Part shown: positions 14,710-24,378 of the stretch, one piece after another
How positions within the stretch are numbered: position 1 is the stretch's first letter
Layout: each line of letters starts with the position of its first letter
From: an uncultured Myxococcales bacterium
Lineage (GTDB): Bacteria > Myxococcota_A > Polyangia > HGW-17 > SLPX01
Reading direction: 5' to 3'
Length of the DNA: 64,000 nucleotides
Assembly (NCBI GenBank): GCA_964539505.1
Contig: CAZIJS010000002.1
Coordinates: forward strand, 3,313 to 67,312
Made by a program: the position numbers and the translations under genes
The notes under the pieces: generated by a model
Seen by the model: the letters and a program-made list of their open reading frames with translations, nothing else
The model's database searches: none
Told to the model about the DNA's origin: nothing

Positions 14710-16797
14710 ATGATGGAGACAGGGACTCGGGCCTTTCAGGAATTCGTTGCAGAGGCCCAGGAACTCGTCGAGGACCTGGCGCGGATTCTCATGGGGATGG
14801 ACCAGGCTCTTGGTTCAGGAGTTTCCTTCGATCCGGACCATATCAACGAGGCGTTTCGGGCCGTCCACACGATCAAGGGGTTGTCGGGAATGGCTGGGGC
14901 CGAAACCATGGCCCACCTTGCCCACGTCATGGAAGACCTCCTCGACAGTCTGCGAATGGGGCGGATCGAGCCTTCCCGTAAGCTCATGGACATTTTGCTG
15001 GAGGGGGTGGATCGCCTCGGTGCACTCCTGGCAGCCTCTCAAGAGGGGCGCGATGCTGCATTGGATGAAATCGAGACATTCCTCACGCGTCTCGATGCAG
15101 CGGCCGCCAGTCCGGCAGGGGCGGCCTCGGCTGATGAGCCCGCCCTGGATCCCGGCCTGCTCGGCGTGCTGACGGAGTACGAGGAACATCGCCTCCATCA
15201 GGCGGTTTCTTCCGGCAAGACCCTGTGGTTCTGCCGGGTGGCCTTTGATTTTGCATCGGTGGATCAGGACCTGACCAAGCTCAAAAATGCCCTCAAGACG
15301 ATCGGGGAGGTGATTTCGTTTCTTCCGGCGGACGATGACGGAGACGACGAACGGCTCGCCCTCGACGTCCTCGTGGCTGGTCCGGCCGACGAAGACCTGC
15401 TTCGTCAAGTGGTTGCCGGGGCAGGGTTCGAGACGGTCGTGCGCAGTGCCATGGCCCGACAAGAACCCGAGCAGCAACACCAAGTTCCCACGGAACCAGG
15501 TCCGAAGCCGGTGGGCTCTTTGCTGGCATCACCCCAGCCCGAGCAGTCGGGGCAGGAAGAGTCGCAGCCTGCCGTATCCGAAAAAGTCGTCGAAGAATCC
15601 ATCAGGAGTATTTCGAAGACCGTGCGCGTGGACATCGGCAAGCTGGACCAGTTGATGAACGTCGTGGGTGAACTCAACACCTTGTTCGTGCAGCTCGACG
15701 AGGCGGTGGATGCATGGACCAGGGAAGGCGGCTCTCACCAGGCAAGGCACCAGGTGGCCAGGACGAGGCGGGCTGTCGCGCGATCTCTGACGAATCTCCA
15801 ACAGATGGTGCTCGACGTCCGGATGGTGACGCTGGAAAGACTGTTCGACAGGCTCTCGCGGGTGGTCAGGAAGTTGTCGCGTACCACGGGCAAAGATGTG
15901 GCCTTTTATGTCAGCGGCGCCGAGACCCCTCTGGACAAATTGATCATCGAGGATCTGTCCGATCCCCTGATGCACGTCATCCGCAACGCAGTGGATCACG
16001 GGATCGAACCACCCGAGGAACGAGCCGGGCTGGGGAAAGCTTCAGAGGGCATCCTGTCTTTGAGGGCCCGCCAGCAGGGAAATCACGTCATTATCGAGGT
16101 GGAAGACGACGGCCGGGGCATCGATCGCGACAGGGTGATCGAGGTGTCCGTGGAAAAGGGTCTGGTGACAGAGGAGCAGGCCCAGGCCATGACTGATCGC
16201 GATGTTTTCAATCTGATTTTTGCACCAGGTTTTTCCACTCGGAAAGACGTGAGTGAGACGTCGGGGCGGGGGGTGGGGCTGGACGTGGTCAAGACGAACC
16301 TGATGCGCCTTTCAGGCCTCATCGACGTGGATTCCACCCCTGGCCTGGGTACGAGGTTTACCATCACTGTGCCCACCACGTTGGCCATCGTGCGCTCCTT
16401 GACCGTGCAGGTGGCAGAACAGGTCTATGCCGTCCCACTCAGTGCCGTGCTCGAAGCCGTGGCCATCGAACCTTCCCGCATCGAAACCATCGGGAATCGG
16501 GAGGTGATCTCTTTGCGGGGGACCACGCTGCCCATTGTGCGCCTCGACAGGCTCTTTGGCCTTGGTGCCAAAAATGGCGATCAGGACAAAAAGTTTATCA
16601 TCGTGGTGGGGCTGGCCCAAAACCGTGTCGGGCTTCTCGTAGATGATTTGTATCACCAGCGAGACATTGTCATCAAATCTCTGGGTCCTGTCCTGGGTCA
16701 GGTGCCGGGCATCGCCGGGGCGACGATTTCAGGGGCCCAGCAGGCCCTGTTGGTTCTCGATTTGGCCTCTTTGATGGAGACGGTTCTGGAGGGTTGA
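14710..16797 (+). CDS. cheA: chemotaxis histidine kinase CheA
   Basis: Hpt domain with FRAVHTIKGLSGMAG. HATPase region (HVIRNAVDHGIE, VEDDGRGID, GRGVGLDVV). C-terminal CheW-like domain. RBS aagggggg upstream. Confidence 0.9.
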   Translation: MMETGTRAFQEFVAEAQELVEDLARILMGMDQALGSGVSFDPDHINEAFRAVHTIKGLSGMAGAETMAHLAHVMEDLLDSLRMGRIEPSRKLMDILLEGVDRLGALLAASQEGRDAALDEIETFLTRLDAAAASPAGAASADEPALDPGLLGVLTEYEEHRLHQAVSSGKTLWFCRVAFDFASVDQDLTKLKNALKTIGEVISFLPADDDGDDERLALDVLVAGPADEDLLRQVVAGAGFETVVRSAMARQEPEQQHQVPTEPGPKPVGSLLASPQPEQSGQEESQPAVSEKVVEESIRSISKTVRVDIGKLDQLMNVVGELNTLFVQLDEAVDAWTREGGSHQARHQVARTRRAVARSLTNLQQMVLDVRMVTLERLFDRLSRVVRKLSRTTGKDVAFYVSGAETPLDKLIIEDLSDPLMHVIRNAVDHGIEPPEERAGLGKASEGILSLRARQQGNHVIIEVEDDGRGIDRDRVIEVSVEKGLVTEEQAQAMTDRDVFNLIFAPGFSTRKDVSETSGRGVGLDVVKTNLMRLSGLIDVDSTPGLGTRFTITVPTTLAIVRSLTVQVAEQVYAVPLSAVLEAVAIEPSRIETIGNREVISLRGTTLPIVRLDRLFGLGAKNGDQDKKFIIVVGLAQNRVGLLVDDLYHQRDIVIKSLGPVLGQVPGIAGATISGAQQALLVLDLASLMETVLEG

Positions 16798-17021
16798 AAA
16801 AGCGAAGCGACGAGCCTCCCAAGGAGGCAGCACGAAGCGTTGGTCATTTCGGCTGGCGACGCTAAGGGGTTGTTTCGACGAAAGTCTCAAGACGCGATGC
16901 ATCGCGACGAGACAGTCGTCCAAGACGGCTGCCGATAGACTTTGACATTCTATAAACCGCCAGATATTATCTCGCGCAAAGAAGCTAGGCTACAAACGAA
17001 TTTACATCCCGGAGGATTTCC

Positions 17022-17471
17022 ATGGGACAGATGATCGGATACCTGGCCATCATCATTGCCGGTGGGACGTTCGTTCTCGCAGGTTTTATGATTTTGGTCG
17101 GCCTCATCAAGGGTGCGATCGACTCGAAGAACAAGCCGGAGGTGCCGGATCCACTGGAGGGAGATCCCAATGTATTTTCCTCCAAGGCACAGCCTCTTGG
17201 GCGCTCTGAGATGACGCCTTACGAGCACCGGTCCACCAAGATCACCCTGGCGTTCACCCTGGCGGCAGTCAGTGGCATGCTCGCGGTCTTGGGATTTTCC
17301 GCTTACGGACTCAAAGAGATGTCCAAGGGGGTCAAGACCACCAAGGCCATGCGAGACGAAGCCAAGCTGTCCAAGAAGCCGAACGCGGTCAGTGAAGAGG
17401 CTGCCATCGAGGACGAAACCGTGCAGAAAAAGAAAAAGGCTTCTGCGTTCGACGTGAACGCAAAGCCGTAG
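17022..17471 (+). CDS. small membrane protein, hypothetical
   Basis: GGAGG RBS 5 nt before the ATG. N-terminal TM hairpin (YLAIIIAGGTFVLAGFMILVGLI), a second TM segment, and a lysine-rich C-terminal tail. Confidence 0.5.
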   Translation: MGQMIGYLAIIIAGGTFVLAGFMILVGLIKGAIDSKNKPEVPDPLEGDPNVFSSKAQPLGRSEMTPYEHRSTKITLAFTLAAVSGMLAVLGFSAYGLKEMSKGVKTTKAMRDEAKLSKKPNAVSEEAAIEDETVQKKKKASAFDVNAKP

Positions 17472-17896
17472 GGGCTCTGGTTCGCCCGCCTTCTTTCCAT
17501 TCGTCTTTCCTGTCTCCCGTTTTTTCCGATCGATCGAATCTCGATGAGGCTGTTGCTCTCGGGTAGGTGGCGCAGTACCTCCAGGTTGCGGAATCTTCTA
17601 CGGAGAGCGCCGTAACCCCCAGTGTCGTGCTCGTCAAGTGGCCCGGATTCTCCGACCCTGCGTGACTGGCGAGGGAATCTGCCTGGGAGACTTTTGATGC
17701 CCCCGTTCTGTGGAATTGCAGGCCGCTCATGCCGTTTGTGCCCCTGGAGGGAACGCCTGCTTGATATCGATGACCCAAGGCACAGGAAACCCTGACCTGG
17801 TGGACCGAAGAGAAACCGGGAATCGAGAGGAAAGACTGGATGGGAGAAGAGGGGAGCGGGCGGGCCCAGGTCGTTGGCCGGGGCCCGGAGAGAAAC

Positions 17897-19144
17897 TCAA
17901 TGGGACATGGAGTCCACGAATTCCTGGTTGGTCTTGGTCTTGCTGATCTTGTCGCGCAAAAACTCCATGGCATCGATGACGTTGAGGGGATGGAGAAGCT
18001 GGCGCAGGATCCAGACGCGGTTGAGGATGTCGGGGGAGAGCAGGAGTTCTTCTTTCCTGGTGCCCGACTTGTTGATGTCGAGACAGGGGAAGATCCGCTT
18101 TTCCATGAGCTTGCGGTCCAGGTGGATCTCGCTGTTGCCCGTGCCCTTGAATTCTTCGAAGATGACCTCGTCCATTCGCGATCCGGTGTCTACGAGTGCG
18201 GTCGCGATGATGGTCAGGCTGCCGCCCTCTTCGATGTTTCGCGCGGCACCAAAGAAGCGCTTGGGTTTGTGCAGGGCGTTTGAGTCCACGCCACCAGACA
18301 GGATTTTTCCCGACGGCGGTACTACGGTGTTGTATGCGCGAGCGAGTCTGGTGATAGAGTCGAGCAGGATGACCACGTCGCGGCGGTGTTCTACGAGGCG
18401 CTTGGCCTTCTCGATGACCATTTCCGCCACTTGGACGTGCCTGGCTGCAGGCTCGTCAAAGGTGGAACTGATCACTTCTCCTTCCACCGAACGGGCCATG
18501 TCCGTGACTTCTTCCGGACGTTCGTCGATGAGCAGGACGATGAGGACCACTTCCTTGTGGTTGTGGGTCACGGCATTTGCGATGTCCTTGAGGAGCATGG
18601 TCTTTCCGGCTCGAGGCGGCGAGACGATGAGACAGCGCTGGCCTTTTCCGATGGGCACCAGCAGGTCAACGATCCTGGTGGACATATTTTTGGGATCGAA
18701 TTCAAGATTTAGTTTTTCATTGGGGTAGAGCGGAGTCAGGTTATCAAACAGGATCTTGCCACGCTGGGCGTCGGGCGGCTCGAAGTTGACCTGCTCCACC
18801 TTGAGGAGTGCAAAGTAGCGTTCCCCGTCTTTGGGGGGGCGAATGAGGCCGCGGACTGTATCGCCAGTCCGCAGGCCGAAGCGGCGGATCTGCGATGGAG
18901 AGACATAGATGTCGTCTGGGCCGGGCAGATAGTTGTAGTCAGGGGCGCGCAAGAATCCGAAACCATCGGGAAGGGTTTCGAGGACGCCTTCGCCGTAGAT
19001 TTCTTTTTTGTTTTCCGCCCAGCTTTTCAGCAAGGCGAAGATGAGATCGGAACGACGCATGTTGGGGGCATCGGTGATGCCAGCGTTCTGGGCGAGCTGG
19101 GTCAGCTCCTTGATGTTCATCTTCTTGAGTTCGGTCAGATCCAT
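17897..19144 (-). CDS. rho: transcription termination factor Rho
   Basis: Near full-length similarity to Rho: MDLTELKK N-terminus, [13 protein letters not shown]-loop [12 protein letters not shown], and the RLARAYN Q-loop. Start set at MDLTELKK; the ORF runs 32 codons further upstream. Confidence 0.9.
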   Translation of the reverse strand: MDLTELKKMNIKELTQLAQNAGITDAPNMRRSDLIFALLKSWAENKKEIYGEGVLETLPDGFGFLRAPDYNYLPGPDDIYVSPSQIRRFGLRTGDTVRGLIRPPKDGERYFALLKVEQVNFEPPDAQRGKILFDNLTPLYPNEKLNLEFDPKNMSTRIVDLLVPIGKGQRCLIVSPPRAGKTMLLKDIANAVTHNHKEVVLIVLLIDERPEEVTDMARSVEGEVISSTFDEPAARHVQVAEMVIEKAKRLVEHRRDVVILLDSITRLARAYNTVVPPSGKILSGGVDSNALHKPKRFFGAARNIEEGGSLTIIATALVDTGSRMDEVIFEEFKGTGNSEIHLDRKLMEKRIFPCLDINKSGTRKEELLLSPDILNRVWILRQLLHPLNVIDAMEFLRDKISKTKTNQEFVDSMSH

Positions 19145-19500
19145 GACTCTCCTCTTTCGATGGGCGCTGCGGGTGGGGTGTGGGATCGGCTTAGGCCGAC
19201 AGTCCTGTGGGTTCCCCTTTTGGGTCGAACCACCACACACCAGCGAGCGGAAGGTGGGTCTCGTGCCTAATGGCTAAGTTCCTCTTTTCGGGTGTTCCTG
19301 GTTTTGTTGTTTTCAAAAAAAACGGAGTATTCTCTTGTTTTCGGCGAGTTTTACAGGCGAAAACATACCGATGAATGTGTTTGTGTCAAGAGTTTTTCTC
19401 TTTGTTGCAGAACTGTTTTTGCGAAACGTATCTGGAGTGAGTTGTCTTTGGTCGATCGATTTTGGCCGACGAGGTTTTGTTCGATCGCAGGAGGTCTACT

Positions 19501-19797
19501 ATGTCGGAAGGTGGTCAGCAACGGAATCGTCGTCTTTATGCCTTGTTCCATGGGCGGGTTCAAGGAGTGTCTTTTCGGTATTTCGTGACGCAGCAGGCAG
19601 GGCGACTTTCCCTGGTCGGCTGGGTCAGGAATCTGCCGGACGGATCGGTGGAGCTTCTGGCCGAGGGGCCCAAAGATCGACTCGAAGCACTTTTGCAGGT
19701 CTGTCGTGTTGGTCCCCCCCTGGCGAGAGTGGATGCCTGCGAGGAGCGATGGGAGCAGGCCCAGGGAAGCTGTGTCGGGTTTGAAGTCCGGCTCTGA
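19501..19797 (+). CDS. acyP: acylphosphatase
   Basis: VQGVSFRY, then GWVRN, then G-V-E-L-AEGP, the acylphosphatase signature. GGAGG RBS upstream of the ATG at 19501. Confidence 0.85.
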   Translation: MSEGGQQRNRRLYALFHGRVQGVSFRYFVTQQAGRLSLVGWVRNLPDGSVELLAEGPKDRLEALLQVCRVGPPLARVDACEERWEQAQGSCVGFEVRL

Positions 19798-19844
19798 TAG
19801 CGGCCGTTTTCGCATTCTGGAACCCGGCGCATCCTGGGGTAGGG

Positions 19845-22532
19845 CTATCGTCTGCGTCGCCTCCAGACCAAGGCCAGGATCGTCGAGAGCAGTAGGATCC
19901 AGGAACTGGTTGCTGGATTCGACGCGTCGTTTCGGCAGGCACAACCGCCACCGCCTGCTGCGCTGACTTTGTAGTCTTGGGGGCGGGCGGCATCTGCTTC
20001 GGCGGCATCAGACAAGGGACCGGCGTCTGTGGGAACGATGGCGGCATCCCTGGCAGCGTCTGTTCCCTGTCCTGCATCGGGTTGTACCTCGGTTTCGTTG
20101 ACGCATTGTCCCCTTGCGTCGCAGACCGCTCCGCTGGGGCAAACGATGAGCCTGCAGGGATCGTCGACGCATCGGCCGTCTCTGCAGACGCGACCCAGCC
20201 CGCAGGATACGCCGCCGCAGGGGTCTTGTGCGCATTGTCCGTCTACGCAGACGCGACCAGGGGGGCACTTGCTGCTGTCACAGGTCATTTCGACGCATTG
20301 TCCGTCCAGACATTCGAATCCCTCGTTGCATTGTACGTCCTGGCATGAGTCGACACATTGTCCGTCGCGGCATGCCTGGTCCCCACAGGACAATGCCTGG
20401 CTTCCGAAACAGGCATCATCGACGCATTGTCCATCGCGACAGATTTGTCCGTCTCCACAGAGCGTGGGATCGAGATAGCAGTCTGGAGTCTGGCATTCGG
20501 CACGGCAACCCTGATCGTCGCAGACGATGTCGCATGCCTGACTCTCGTCGCAGTTGGTATTGGGACAGGGGTCGTAGCAATAGCCATCGGATTCGTTTCC
20601 CTGGCTCACATCGCAGATCAGCCCGGAATCACAATGCGAGGCTTTGCAGGGATCGGAGATGCAAAGGCCTTCCACGGCATAGGTTCCTTGAGGGCAGCCG
20701 TCGGGCGGTATGCGGTCTGCGCATTCCCCGTAGAAACATGTCTGTCCAGGAGGACATTGCGCGCCTTCGTCGATTCTGCCGTCGCAGTCGTCGTCGAGTC
20801 CGTTGCAGGTTTCAGGGGTACCCACCTGGTCCGGGACGCACTGGTCCTCTCCTCCGACGCATTCCCAATGTCCCTCACAGCAACCGGTTTGACAATCAGG
20901 GACCAGGCAATCTGACGGGTCGTAGACCACGTCGTCTATCTCTCCGTTGCAGTCGTCGTCGAGTCCGTTGCAGGTTTCAGGCTCCGGCCCCACACCTCCC
21001 GTGCAATATTCTTCTGTTCTGTTTCCATTGTCTGGATTGGGACCGCATTCCCAGTGGCCGGGCTGGCATTGACCGACGTTGGGAAATCCACCACAGCCGC
21101 CGGCCGGAACCTGGTAATCTGGATCGTTGGTGTCTATGAGGCCATCGCAATCATTGTCGATGCCGTCACAAATTTCCACGGTGCAGGGGCAAGAGCCATC
21201 CGGGCCGGTAGCGTAGCTTGGATCGTTGGTGTCTATGAGGCCATCGCAATCATTGTCGATCCCATCACAGATTTCTTCTGGTACGGGGGCACCGCAGGGG
21301 CCTCCACAGGCATTTAGTGGGAGGCCTTCGTCGGTCTGTCCGTCGCAGTCGTCGTCGATGTTGTTGCATTGTTCTTCGGCGCACCATTGGGGAAACGCAG
21401 AACAGGCGTTCTTGACGCCTTCGTCGGTCTGTCCGTTGCAGTTGTCGTCGATCCCGTTGCAGGTTTCTCCTTCCGGCACGGCCTCGGCGATGATCTGGGT
21501 CAAGGCTGCCTTGACCTCGTCCTGATTAGTGAAATCTGCCTCCCAGGCATGGCCCGTGCCCCCGGCCACGGCGATGCGGTCGTTGTTCGATCCTGTGCCG
21601 CCCAGGCCCGTGTTGGTCAGCACGTACGTCCGGACAGGATAGGGATGCCCACTGTGGGGCACGAACGACAGGCAGGCCTGGCGGATGGGATTGAACTGGG
21701 CACCGCCAGAGCAGTCACTGACCGATGTGGGCTCGTGGTCGAGATTCGAAAGGTCGCTGTCACAACTTTCACCTCCGTCGGTAACCAGGATGACGATGTT
21801 GTTGCGGCAGGGCAAGACATTGGGATTGTCGTGCGGGATCACGTAGTTGTCGAAATAGAGTCTCGCGTAGAACAGACTCCTGCCAAGCGGGGTCCATTGA
21901 TTCGGGATGGCCTGAATCTCTGGGTCATCGATGTTGTTGTTCGCACAATGCGTGTAGTGGTTGAGCCAGGTCATGATCTCCAGGATGTTGCCGTCGTCGG
22001 GATCGAAGGCCGACGGACCCGGGGGATCGAGGCCCTGGCCGGGATCGGTCACCGGCACTACGATGGACTCCGAGACAGACTGATCGAACCATGTTCCGTA
22101 GCTTGTCTCCTCGTTGTGTTCGCTCAGCTTGCAGCCTGGGTGGCCATCGTCACCACCCCACTCTGCTGACACGATGTGGTAGTAGCCAGCGGTGGAACTG
22201 CCGAAGCTGCAAGAATCCAGGTTGCAGGCGTTTTCCTGGTGTGGAAAGCGTGCCAGGCCGAAGTTTGCTTCGTCCACGCCAGCATAGAAGAGGGCCTCGG
22301 CGATGGCAGCCTTGAGGTTGTAAATCCTCGTGTCCCGGCCAGAGGATCCGTTTCCTACCGGAGCGATCTGGCCATCACAATAGACGGCCCCTCCACCGGA
22401 ACGATCGAACATGCTGCCCGAGGTGTCGAAGACGATCAAGATATTGGGCTTGACCGGCTGGGCCGTGGCTGGCGATGAAATGAAGATACCTCCAACGATC
22501 AGGATCGTGGCAAGGCCTGTTTTATGTTTCAT
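19845..22532 (-). CDS. secreted VWA-domain protein with MopE-type and Myxo Cys-rich repeats and MYXO-CTERM
   Basis: Signal peptide. VWA MIDAS motif ILIVFDTSGSM. ETCNGIDDNCNGQTDEG repeats, then CxDGxCxD repeats. C-terminal GGGGCACRN, hydrophobic stretch, then RRRRR (MYXO-CTERM). Start at the Met after a GAGGA RBS. Confidence 0.8.
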   Translation of the reverse strand: MKHKTGLATILIVGGIFISSPATAQPVKPNILIVFDTSGSMFDRSGGGAVYCDGQIAPVGNGSSGRDTRIYNLKAAIAEALFYAGVDEANFGLARFPHQENACNLDSCSFGSSTAGYYHIVSAEWGGDDGHPGCKLSEHNEETSYGTWFDQSVSESIVVPVTDPGQGLDPPGPSAFDPDDGNILEIMTWLNHYTHCANNNIDDPEIQAIPNQWTPLGRSLFYARLYFDNYVIPHDNPNVLPCRNNIVILVTDGGESCDSDLSNLDHEPTSVSDCSGGAQFNPIRQACLSFVPHSGHPYPVRTYVLTNTGLGGTGSNNDRIAVAGGTGHAWEADFTNQDEVKAALTQIIAEAVPEGETCNGIDDNCNGQTDEGVKNACSAFPQWCAEEQCNNIDDDCDGQTDEGLPLNACGGPCGAPVPEEICDGIDNDCDGLIDTNDPSYATGPDGSCPCTVEICDGIDNDCDGLIDTNDPDYQVPAGGCGGFPNVGQCQPGHWECGPNPDNGNRTEEYCTGGVGPEPETCNGLDDDCNGEIDDVVYDPSDCLVPDCQTGCCEGHWECVGGEDQCVPDQVGTPETCNGLDDDCDGRIDEGAQCPPGQTCFYGECADRIPPDGCPQGTYAVEGLCISDPCKASHCDSGLICDVSQGNESDGYCYDPCPNTNCDESQACDIVCDDQGCRAECQTPDCYLDPTLCGDGQICRDGQCVDDACFGSQALSCGDQACRDGQCVDSCQDVQCNEGFECLDGQCVEMTCDSSKCPPGRVCVDGQCAQDPCGGVSCGLGRVCRDGRCVDDPCRLIVCPSGAVCDARGQCVNETEVQPDAGQGTDAARDAAIVPTDAGPLSDAAEADAARPQDYKVSAAGGGGCACRNDASNPATSSWILLLSTILALVWRRRRR
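21111..21276 (-). repeat. two ~60-bp near-identical direct repeats, 100-bp period, inside the VWA/MYXO-CTERM gene
   Basis: ggatcgttggtgtctatgaggccatcgcaatcattgtcgatgccgtcacaaatttc versus ggatcgttggtgtctatgaggccatcgcaatcattgtcgatcccatcacagatttc. Confidence 0.8.
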
Positions 22533-22556
22533 GACGTCTTTCCTCACGACTTTTTC

Positions 22557-24299
22557 CTAGTTGAAGAGATCTCCGGCATAGCAGCAACGAAATCCCACCG
22601 ACGGCAGGTGGACCTCGGTTCCTGCTGGTGCCGGTGCAGTCCCGTCGCATTGGAGCCCTGGGGCCCGAGGGTCGCTCGTGCCCGGATTTTGATAACTGAT
22701 GTTGTTGTATGCACCGCCTCGAAGCTGGAAGTCGCCGCTGGTGGTGCGCACCCATTCTTTCAGGTTGCCGCTCATGTCGAAGATGTTTCCCCCATGGGTC
22801 CCGGCAAAATTTCTGGCACAGCCAGTCAGGGCGCCGGTGGGCTGGGGGCCGATGGTATTGATGCTGTCGCCGTAGTCGTAGCCGTTGCAGGTGAGGGGTT
22901 GGTAGCCGTTTCCGTAAGGGAAGTCCTGGGATGACGTTCCGGCGCAGGCCAGATACCACTGGCTGTCGGTGCACAGGTCCCATCCGGGCCCGAGGCGCTG
23001 GCACAGGGCCCTGGCCTCCACGTCCCCGGAATGGTCGAAGTCTTGGTCCGTGACATTGGACCAGGGCATCCTGTTGGGAACCGAGCAGGGCCTGCCGCCG
23101 TCGCCCACGCCTTCCGAACTGCTCGTGGCGTTTGGCCGGCTGGCTTCGTACGCAAAAATCGTAAAATTGCCGCTGGAAACATAGACGAAGGCACCGAAAT
23201 TCGAGATGTTGGAGTCGCCTGGTGTCAGCTCATCGACCTCTCCATCGCAGTCGTTGTCCTCTCCGTCACAGGCTTCGGGGGACTGGTTTGCCATGTTCGG
23301 GACAGCGTCGCACTCCGTGCCGCTCTGGTCGGCGGTGCAGCGATAGTGGCCCTCCTGTCGGCACTGTCCATATCCCGCCGAGCAGACCTGCCCCACGTTG
23401 AAAGCTTCGTCGGTCTGCCCGTCGCAGTCATTGTCCAGCCCGTCACAGCCCGTGTCAGCCGTTTCGGGGGACTCATAGGTTTGGCCATTCGATGCGGCAT
23501 TGGCGGCATAGTCGCAGTCCCAAAAGCCGCCTGCGGTGCATTGGGCCTGCGTGCCGGCACAGACTCCATTTTGGTTGCATGTGGGAGCCCCCTGGGGGTT
23601 GTCATCGATGAGACCGTTGCAGTCGTTGTCCCTGCCGTCGCAGATTTCATTGGGAAGGTCCTGGTTGCAGGCATACTCGCAGCCGTTGGTCACGTCACCG
23701 TCGATGTCGTGGTGGCCTGGTTGGCACACAGCCACCTGACATTGTCCGGCCACACATTGAAAAGACGCCACGCTGGGGTCTGCATAGTCGACGACGCAAC
23801 TGTGGCCGCAGGAGCCGCAGTTGTGCACGTCCGTCTGGAGATCGAAGTCCTCGTCGGTCTGCCCGTCGCAGTTGTTGTCCATCCCGTCGCAAAAATCGAA
23901 GTTGGAAGTGGGAACGCAGTCGGATTCGCAGCCGTCCTCATCGATGGCATTGAGGTTCGAAAATCCCGGGTCGCAGGACACCACGGTGCAGTTTCCGTCG
24001 CGGCAGCCATGCAGGGAAACGTTGGGGAGATCGCAGACATTGAAACAGGATCCACAATTTTGTGGGTCCTCTGAGACAGCCTGCCAGATGTCGGGGTCGT
24101 CGTCGTCTGTGAGTCCGTCACAGTCGTTGTCTCTTTGATCACAGATCTCGCCCAAAAGGCTCGGCTCGCAGGCGTCTTGCTCCACCACGGAGCCATCCGC
24201 CAGTCCAACATGGATTTCTTCGTAGGTCGACAGGTGGCATGCCGCCGAGCCAAGATACAACACAGCGACCCATGCAGCCGACAATCGGTTTCTCTTCAT
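22557..24299 (-). CDS. secreted Cys-rich repeat protein with C-terminal FGE-sulfatase (SUMF1-like) domain
   Basis: Signal peptide (AAWVAVLYLGSAAC). CDxxDNDCDG repeats. C-terminal MSGNLKEWV, RGGAYNN and GFRCCY resemble the formylglycine-generating-enzyme fold. Confidence 0.75.
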   Translation of the reverse strand: MKRNRLSAAWVAVLYLGSAACHLSTYEEIHVGLADGSVVEQDACEPSLLGEICDQRDNDCDGLTDDDDPDIWQAVSEDPQNCGSCFNVCDLPNVSLHGCRDGNCTVVSCDPGFSNLNAIDEDGCESDCVPTSNFDFCDGMDNNCDGQTDEDFDLQTDVHNCGSCGHSCVVDYADPSVASFQCVAGQCQVAVCQPGHHDIDGDVTNGCEYACNQDLPNEICDGRDNDCNGLIDDNPQGAPTCNQNGVCAGTQAQCTAGGFWDCDYAANAASNGQTYESPETADTGCDGLDNDCDGQTDEAFNVGQVCSAGYGQCRQEGHYRCTADQSGTECDAVPNMANQSPEACDGEDNDCDGEVDELTPGDSNISNFGAFVYVSSGNFTIFAYEASRPNATSSSEGVGDGGRPCSVPNRMPWSNVTDQDFDHSGDVEARALCQRLGPGWDLCTDSQWYLACAGTSSQDFPYGNGYQPLTCNGYDYGDSINTIGPQPTGALTGCARNFAGTHGGNIFDMSGNLKEWVRTTSGDFQLRGGAYNNISYQNPGTSDPRAPGLQCDGTAPAPAGTEVHLPSVGFRCCYAGDLFN

Positions 24300-24378
24300 G
24301 ATCCAACACCTCTTCGATCTCGTGGATCGACTCCACAACACGTTGTGTTTCTCTACGAGATCAATTTATCATGAGTCG

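Noticed and set aside
20358-24074. Plus-strand ORFs (20228-21139, 21369-22169, 23031-24074) antisense to the VWA/FGE repeat genes
   Set aside because: Same reasoning: GC-driven open frames opposite well-supported genes.
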